From Verrucomicrobiaceae bacterium (GTDB lineage Bacteria > Verrucomicrobiota > Verrucomicrobiia > Verrucomicrobiales > Akkermansiaceae), in assembly GCA_051252135.1 (NCBI GenBank), contig JBPOGH010000001.1, forward strand, positions 128,001-192,000: DNA of 64,000 bases. The letters are read 5' to 3'. The first letter of the stretch is position 1, and every line of letters starts with the position of its first letter. The translations under genes were made by a program, and so were the position numbers. Shown here piece by piece: positions 58,193-64,000 of this stretch. The notes under the pieces were generated by a model. It had not been told where the DNA came from. It did no database searches and saw nothing but the letters and a program-made list of their open reading frames with translations.

Positions 58193-59065
58193 ATGGGATT
58201 GCTTCTTTCGGGGGCAATTGGGCTCCCGTTAATTGGTGCGGCACTTCACCCGTTGCTTGGGTGGTGCATTCAGCGGGGTTCGGTCGCAGGTGTTAGGCTG
58301 GGCCTGATTGTTGGGATCGCCAATCTGATCACGGCTCTGATATTTTTCGCCTACCTCCGGCCGGAGATGGAGTTCAAGATCAGCGGCAAGGATTGGTTGG
58401 CGATTGGCAATGGAGGCCTCTTTTTTCTGGGGCAGTGGTTTTCGATCCAATCGGTGAAATCGGGTGACTTGGCGGTTCATTCATCCGCATTGGGGGTGAA
58501 GGTGCTGATCGTTGCATTGTTTTCGATTTTGGTTGGGCTGGAGTCCGGGACCACGGGTCTCATTGCGGGGGTCATTCTTTCGGTGGTTTCCGTGTTTCTG
58601 GTGGCCGGGGGAAGTGCCGAAGGATGGAGGATTCACCGCAAAACTGTGTGGCTGACATTGGTAGCTTGCCTCTTTTTTGGAATGAACGATTTTTTGACCG
58701 GTTGGCAGGCTCAAGATATCGGAGGCGAGCGGTGGTTGTGTCTCATGATGGGGACAAGCGGTGTGATCTCCTTGGGATTCGTGTTCCGAAGAAGGGAGTC
58801 ATTGAGATTCGTTGCGACAAAGCCAGGTGTGGCGCTTATCGTGTTGGGAGCGGGGTTGGCGCTGGGTGTGCAGGCACTCTGTGTGAACATTGCCTTCAGT
58901 GAATATAGACAACCTGCTTTGAGTAATGTTTTCTACGCTTCCCGCGGATTGATGGCGGTGCTCTTTCTGCTGATGATTGGAAAGAAGGCCGATGTCAGAT
59001 TCCGTGGCAGGCAAATGGCGGGGTCATTTCTAATGATAATCGCTCTGGCGCTTGTCCTCATGTAG
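58193..59065 (+). CDS. EamA/DMT family transporter
   Basis: About 10 TM helices in two repeats. Confidence 0.75.
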   Translation: MGLLLSGAIGLPLIGAALHPLLGWCIQRGSVAGVRLGLIVGIANLITALIFFAYLRPEMEFKISGKDWLAIGNGGLFFLGQWFSIQSVKSGDLAVHSSALGVKVLIVALFSILVGLESGTTGLIAGVILSVVSVFLVAGGSAEGWRIHRKTVWLTLVACLFFGMNDFLTGWQAQDIGGERWLCLMMGTSGVISLGFVFRRRESLRFVATKPGVALIVLGAGLALGVQALCVNIAFSEYRQPALSNVFYASRGLMAVLFLLMIGKKADVRFRGRQMAGSFLMIIALALVLM

Positions 59066-59123
59066 GCACGGTGGATTATTCTCCTTGAGGGATACCTGAG
59101 CAGGTGTCATCAGTAGTTCGCTT

Positions 59124-59294
59124 ATGAAAAAAGTAATGTTTGTTTTCGTCTCAGCTGCAGCTTTTGCGCTGGCTTCCTGTTCATCCACCGTCACCAGCAG
59201 CTCGTGCTGTTCGAAAGACGGGTGTAATTCTTCCGCTTCCAGCAAGTGTGCGAAAGGATGTCAAAAGAGCTGCTGCGCGAGCAAATCCAACTAA
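59124..59294 (+). CDS. Small Cys-rich lipoprotein (56 aa; below the ORF-track cutoff)
   Basis: MKKVMFVFVSAAAFALASCSSTVTSSSCCSKDGCNSSASSKCAKGCQKSCCASKSN*: MKK signal, lipobox LASC, 7 further Cys. Confidence 0.8.
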   Translation: MKKVMFVFVSAAAFALASCSSTVTSSSCCSKDGCNSSASSKCAKGCQKSCCASKSN

Positions 59295-59387
59295 GACACA
59301 TCATCTTTAGCCGATTGGAGTGGTTAACGGTTGGTTGCCATTCTCCACACCAAAAGGCCCCAAATTTCTGTTGGGGGAACAGCAGAA

Positions 59388-59423
59388 TGCAAGAGGTTGG
59401 CTCTCCGGAGCCGGCCTCTTGCA
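59388..59423. terminator. Strong hairpin between convergent genes
   Basis: TGCAAGAGGTTGGCTC-TCCG-GAGCCGGCCTCTTGCA; no clear U-tail. Confidence 0.65.
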
Positions 59424-59441
59424 ATGTACAGACTTTTGCAT

Positions 59442-59852
59442 CTAGATGTTCTGCAAGGCGAGCTTCTTCATTTGCCCAGCCATCAGGGTGAGCGCATTGG
59501 CCCGCGTAGGAGCGAGGTGCTCTTTCAAGCCCGTCTGATCGATAAAAGAAAGGTCGGCTTTAACGATTGCCTCCGGAGTTTCCTGATCGAGGATTCGAAC
59601 AAAGAGCGCGATCATTCCTTTGGTGATGACGGAGTCTGAATCTGCGAGGAAATGCATTATTCCATCCCGAAATTCTCCTGTTAACCAGACCTGGGACTGG
59701 CAGCCCTTGATGATGGTATCGGGGGTTTGGAGAGCCTCATCCATAGGCGGAAGCTTCTTGCCCAGGCCAATGACGTATTCGTATCGCTCGGTCCAATCCT
59801 GAAAGAGATCGAGTTCTTCGAGAAGCTCCTGCTGTTTTTCTGCAATGGTCAC
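59442..59852 (-). CDS. sufE: SufE family sulfur acceptor
   Basis: W.ERY.YVI.LG..LP, IKGCQSQVW and ADSDS.ITKG. Confidence 0.95.
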   Translation of the reverse strand: MTIAEKQQELLEELDLFQDWTERYEYVIGLGKKLPPMDEALQTPDTIIKGCQSQVWLTGEFRDGIMHFLADSDSVITKGMIALFVRILDQETPEAIVKADLSFIDQTGLKEHLAPTRANALTLMAGQMKKLALQNI

Positions 59853-59883
59853 GGCGGAGAGGTAGGCGAGGATGCGAATAAAA

Positions 59884-61107
59884 TCAACGTAGCATCCGAA
59901 GAGCTTTATCGAGGGCTACTCCAAAGGAATTGATTTCATCGATGGTGTTGTAGGCCGCAACGGACGCGCGGAGGGTTCCCTGAATGCCGAAGCGTGCCAT
60001 GAGTGGTTGGCAGCAATGATGTCCGGTCCGGAGAGCGAATCCCATGCGGTCCAGGAACGTTCCGAGGTCGTAATGATGGACTCCTTTGACATTAAATGAA
60101 AGTGATCCAGCCCTGTTGGATGGACCGTAAAGGGTGACGTCCTTCATTCCTCCTACGATGTCCGCGGCGGCCTGAATGAGGGTGTTTTCATGGGTCGCTA
60201 TTCGATCTATTCCCAAGTTATTCACATAGTCAAAGGCAGCGGCCAGTGCGATTCCCCCTTCAATATTCGGGGTTCCGGCCTCAAATTTGAAGGGGGGATC
60301 GTTGTAAGTGGTTTTCTCGAAAGTCACCTCCTTGATCATTTCGCCACCACCTCGCCAGGGTGGCAATTCTTCAAGGAGTTCATGGCGTCCAAAGAGGATC
60401 CCCACTCCAGTGGGCCCGTAAACCTTGTGTCCTGAAAATGCGTAAAAATCACAATTAATTGACTGAATATCAACTGATTGGTGGGGTATCGATTGCGCTC
60501 CATCGATAAAGGTGAGAGCGCCTGCCTTCTGAGCCTGTGAACAAATGTGAATAACATCATTCACCGTGCCAAAGGCGTTTGAGACATGGTTGACCGCCAC
60601 CAGTTTGGTCCGCTCATTGAGAAGGGCATCGTAGGCCTCAAGGTCGAGGGTCCCGGAATCAGTGACAGGAATCACTTTGAGAGTCATTCCCAGTCGTTCA
60701 CAAAGCATCTGCCAAGGCACGGTGTTCGAGTGGTGCTCCAGTCCGGAAATGATGATTTCGTCCCCTGAAGAGAATTTATCCGAGCGACCAAGGGACGAGG
60801 CCACGAGATTGACCGAATCCGTGGTGCCGGAGGTGAAGATGATTTCTTCGGGGCGGGAGGCATTAAGATGGCGGGCAATTGTCAAACGTGCGTTCTCGTG
60901 CGCACCGGTTGCTTGCTGGGCGAGATGGTGGACCCCGCGATGAATGTTGGAATTGAGGGTCTCGTAATAGTGCCTTGAGGCATCAAGGACTTGGACAGGT
61001 TTCTGGGAAGTGGCTGCGTTATCGAGATAGACCAGAGGTTGCCCGTGGACCTTGGCGGCCAATATGGGGAAGTCAGGTCGAATCGCATTGGGATCAAGCT
61101 TGCTCAC
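59884..61107 (-). CDS. sufS: Cysteine desulfurase (SufS type)
   Basis: YLDNAATSQKP, EHHSN.VPW, FSGHK, EAGTP and RTGHHCCQP. Confidence 0.96.
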   Translation of the reverse strand: MSKLDPNAIRPDFPILAAKVHGQPLVYLDNAATSQKPVQVLDASRHYYETLNSNIHRGVHHLAQQATGAHENARLTIARHLNASRPEEIIFTSGTTDSVNLVASSLGRSDKFSSGDEIIISGLEHHSNTVPWQMLCERLGMTLKVIPVTDSGTLDLEAYDALLNERTKLVAVNHVSNAFGTVNDVIHICSQAQKAGALTFIDGAQSIPHQSVDIQSINCDFYAFSGHKVYGPTGVGILFGRHELLEELPPWRGGGEMIKEVTFEKTTYNDPPFKFEAGTPNIEGGIALAAAFDYVNNLGIDRIATHENTLIQAAADIVGGMKDVTLYGPSNRAGSLSFNVKGVHHYDLGTFLDRMGFALRTGHHCCQPLMARFGIQGTLRASVAAYNTIDEINSFGVALDKALRMLR

Positions 61108-61200
61108 ACCGGAAGAGAACCACGATTTTTGTGAATTGCACGAATAACCTGAAAGGGAAGTGGGCTTGTGTTCTCTTTGGTTTACCCGCAGAACAGGCCT

Positions 61201-61947
61201 GTGATTGACGGTTGGACGGCATGGATATTGGTGGGACTTGCCGCGCTTTGTGTCGGGCTGGGAAAAGCGGGGTTTTCCGGGATCGGATTGATTCCCGTCT
61301 TCATCATGGCTGAGTTATTCGGGAAGGCCTCGGTAGGGGTGTTGCTCCCTATGTTGGTGGTTGCGGATGTGAGTGTTTATCCGATGTTCCGAAAATATGC
61401 CTCCTGGGCGCCGGTCTGGCGTTTGCTTCCGCCCGCGCTGATTGGAATGATCGCGGGATACTTCATTCTTGATTGGCTGCCGGAGGAGCACGCCAAGCCC
61501 ACCATTGGCGGGATTATTCTGATCATGGTGATTCTTCAGTTGGCGCGGCGTTTTAATCCGAATGGGTTTGAAAAGATGGCAAATTCCGGGGGATTTGGGA
61601 TGGGGGCTGGTGTTGGCGCCGGAGTGGCGACAATGATTGCGAACGCAGCGGGGCCGGTGTTTCAGCTTTATCTGATCTCCAAACGGGTTCCCAAAATGGA
61701 GCTCATTGGGATCGGAGCCCGATTCTTCCTCCTAATCAACATCATCAAATTGCCCTTCATGGGGGGCTTGAGTTTTACGACATCGGAGACGTTGCTTCTC
61801 AATCTCAAACTGGTGCCACTGATTCTGATGGGAACCTTTTTTGGTCGCCACCTGCTTCAGTTTATTTCACAGCGGGTTTTTGAGTGGATGGTGGTGGGGT
61901 TTGCGGTGCTGGCAGGTGTCCGTCTTATCAGTGGCGCTTTTCTTTAA
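61201..61947 (+). CDS. Sulfite exporter TauE/SafE family protein
   Basis: Hydrophobic; GLGKAGFSG and ANAAGP; divergent from sufS. Confidence 0.88.
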   Translation: MIDGWTAWILVGLAALCVGLGKAGFSGIGLIPVFIMAELFGKASVGVLLPMLVVADVSVYPMFRKYASWAPVWRLLPPALIGMIAGYFILDWLPEEHAKPTIGGIILIMVILQLARRFNPNGFEKMANSGGFGMGAGVGAGVATMIANAAGPVFQLYLISKRVPKMELIGIGARFFLLINIIKLPFMGGLSFTTSETLLLNLKLVPLILMGTFFGRHLLQFISQRVFEWMVVGFAVLAGVRLISGAFL

Positions 61948-62675
61948 CGCCAGGAAGGACCGCCGCTTCCATTGATTTGCTGAATCCGTTGGTAATTCTG
62001 GAATGCGAGGAAACCGAAGAGGATTGCCACAAAAAATGAATTGAAGATCAGAAATCCGATGAGGGCGGTCACAATTCCGGTGTAGAGGCCGACTTTGTAC
62101 ACTTTCAGTAGTGATGGTTGGAAGGTGGCGTAGGCTTGGCCACCGTCGAGCGGGTAGACAGGCAGCAGGTTGACCAGGCTCCACCAGAAATTGAACATGA
62201 TAAGACCCCGAAGAAGGGCGAAGGTGACATTGTGCATGTCGAAGAAAGCGGCGCCACTTCCGAGAAGGAGGTCCTGGGATCTGGTGACGATGAAGATGAT
62301 GACGTCGAGACCATCGACTAGGCCATATCGGGCAACACAGTAGAGAATAATGCAAAGGAAGAAGGTCAACCCGGCACCGGGGCCCGCGAGAACCATGTAT
62401 AGGGTCTGTTTTTTTGTCAGGGAGGCATTGGGGTATGCGAGGCCACCCATTGCCCAAAGCCGGATGTGGGGCTGTCGACCTGAGAATTTACGGGCGGTGA
62501 GCGCATGTCCGAATTCATGGATGAGGATCGAGAACAGGAGAACCAGCATCCAGAGGAGGGCTTGGATAAAGTCTTCGCGGCTGTTCATGCGGAAACCGCC
62601 TCCAAGAAGAAAACCGGTTAGCCAGAACCAAGGTTCGATCCGGACGGGGATGCGGAAAAGGGTAAACTCGAACAC
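61944..62675 (-). CDS. Site-2 (M50) metalloprotease
   Basis: HEFGH, LAGP and NLLPVYPLDGG. Confidence 0.92.
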   Translation of the reverse strand: MFEFTLFRIPVRIEPWFWLTGFLLGGGFRMNSREDFIQALLWMLVLLFSILIHEFGHALTARKFSGRQPHIRLWAMGGLAYPNASLTKKQTLYMVLAGPGAGLTFFLCIILYCVARYGLVDGLDVIIFIVTRSQDLLLGSGAAFFDMHNVTFALLRGLIMFNFWWSLVNLLPVYPLDGGQAYATFQPSLLKVYKVGLYTGIVTALIGFLIFNSFFVAILFGFLAFQNYQRIQQINGSGGPSWR

Positions 62676-62713
62676 GTGGGGAGGTTAGGTCGGCGGCTCA
62701 AAAGGCGCCACTA

Positions 62714-62747
62714 GAAAAGGCCTGCCGCGTGAGCGACAGGCCTTTTC
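62714..62747 (-). terminator. Terminator of the second PEP-CTERM gene
   Basis: GAAAAGGCCTG...CAGGCCTTTTC stem. Confidence 0.8.
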
Positions 62748-62789
62748 ACTGCAAGGGTCGAGCAGCAGAAAAAACGGTTAGAATTATAG

Positions 62790-63554
62790 TTAACGCTTGC
62801 GACGGGTCACAAGTGCACCAAGAGCAAGAATGCTCATAGAGGCGGCTGATGGCTCGGGGACGGTGCAGATGATGCAAGCACCGAGACTCAGGTGGGTATC
62901 GTAGGTGATCTGCTCACTCCTCTCGAAGGTGGAGCCACCATCAAGAGAGTAGAGATACTGAAGGTTCTCAGGAAGACCCGAGGCGCCACTTTTCTCATCA
63001 CGCACGAGGACGTCGGTCGCATCAAAGACGTAGTTCCCTTTGTCATCCTTCTTAAGAGCATAAGGAGACTTGGTGTCACCGGCCTGAAGATACATTCCGA
63101 ATCTTTCGCCAGCCTTTTCCTCGATTGCGGCAGCCGCCTTAACACCTTCTTCATCCAAGCAAACGCTTACAGTGAAGGTGGCCTTTTCAACTTTGCAGTT
63201 GGGGTCATCGGTGGTGATGACGGGATTTCCGAAGAGGAGGGCGGAAGGATTGTTGTTTGTGTTGAACTGAATGGCGCCATTGGCGACGGTCCAGTTGACA
63301 TCAGCTTGGTTCCACGCAGTGGTGATGGCGAACGAGCCGGAAGGGTTTCCGGAGAGTTCGCTGTCAGGATCCCAGGTGACTCCATCGTAGGTGCCTTCGA
63401 AGGTGCCGGAGCCGGAAGATCCCGGGAGGGGATTGCCAGGGCTATCCAGAACCGAAAGGCTATTGATGGTGAAGCATCCCGACTGTGTGGTCTGAGCTGC
63501 GGCTGATCCAATGATCGTGAGGGTGAGTGCGGATGCACTGAGGATATTTTTCAT
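62790..63554 (-). CDS. PEP-CTERM surface protein
   Basis: Signal peptide; C-terminal VPEPS + TM helix + RRKR. Confidence 0.9.
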   Translation of the reverse strand: MKNILSASALTLTIIGSAAAQTTQSGCFTINSLSVLDSPGNPLPGSSGSGTFEGTYDGVTWDPDSELSGNPSGSFAITTAWNQADVNWTVANGAIQFNTNNNPSALLFGNPVITTDDPNCKVEKATFTVSVCLDEEGVKAAAAIEEKAGERFGMYLQAGDTKSPYALKKDDKGNYVFDATDVLVRDEKSGASGLPENLQYLYSLDGGSTFERSEQITYDTHLSLGACIICTVPEPSAASMSILALGALVTRRKR

Positions 63555-64000
63555 TTGATATTATTGGGGGGGTTGTTTTGCGAAGGGGGGGTCCCGCTCG
63601 ACAACTGACTCTTCGTTACGTTCATTTTTTTGTCAAAAAAAAGCAGGGTGTTGTGGAGAACGTCCAATTTTCAAGAAAGTCAGCAGGCATTTGATTTCGC
63701 TCAACCCTTTATTTTATATAGAGTTCAGGAGACTGTTTGGTCCTGTTGATGTTTCGGATTATTAAGAACTAGGCCTAATTTTAAAAATACATCGACCCTT
63801 ATAAACATTCAAAATATGGCTTTATAGGAGTCTTGAATGCCCCGAAGGATGGGTAATCCGGCGGAGTAATTATCTTAAGAGTAGTCGCGACGAGGTCTTT
63901 TCTGAGCGATTTGCCCGGTAGATGGGTAGGTCGCCCCATTGTCGCCCCCCCAATTTTTCTCAATCCGGATGGCCGGCTTGAGGTTGGGGGACCGACGAAA

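Noticed and set aside
59085..59119. MerR-type metal-responsive promoter upstream of the Cys-rich ORF
   Set aside because: An inverted repeat follows TTGAGG, but there is no convincing -10 box at 19-20 bp spacing, so it is not called as a feature.
63940..63997. Long imperfect hairpin at the window end, possible ncRNA
   Set aside because: Cut off by the window edge. Minus-strand frames are open here, so it may be the end of an upstream CDS; no known RNA motif recognised.

Overview
A gene-dense, mostly housekeeping 64-kb bacterial chromosome segment. It is most likely from Verrucomicrobiota (inference from two PEP-CTERM proteins, an ECF-sigma/Ser-Thr kinase pair, a sulfatase, Lys/Ala-rich histone-like proteins and W-x3-DP repeat proteins). 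Recognisable genes include uvrC (5'-truncated), serA, ilvD, dnaX, lipB, polX, glgB, glnD, smc, dprA, tRNA-Asn(GTT), purM, purF, xth, rplM-rpsI, pheA, scpB, a dksA-like gene, acpP, accA, glnS and sufS-sufE. I found no transposase, integrase, prophage or CRISPR array. The most notable observations are: (1) a 56-aa Cys-rich, metallothionein-like lipoprotein ORF absent from the ORF track (59124-59294); (2) an uncharacterised two-gene module divergent from the ECF-sigma/kinase operon; (3) a stand-alone tandem-AP2 DNA-binding protein; (4) a shared 'SxDL..W...RFxRL' C-terminal domain, intact in an NHL protein and present as a TGA-interrupted relic in frame behind a sulfatase; (5) a LysM/L,D-transpeptidase-like protein lacking catalytic residues; (6) KKAAKK histone-like tracts on three proteins; (7) loss of Cys zinc ligands in DksA and DnaX. 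All family assignments come from motif recognition by eye; no database searches were run.
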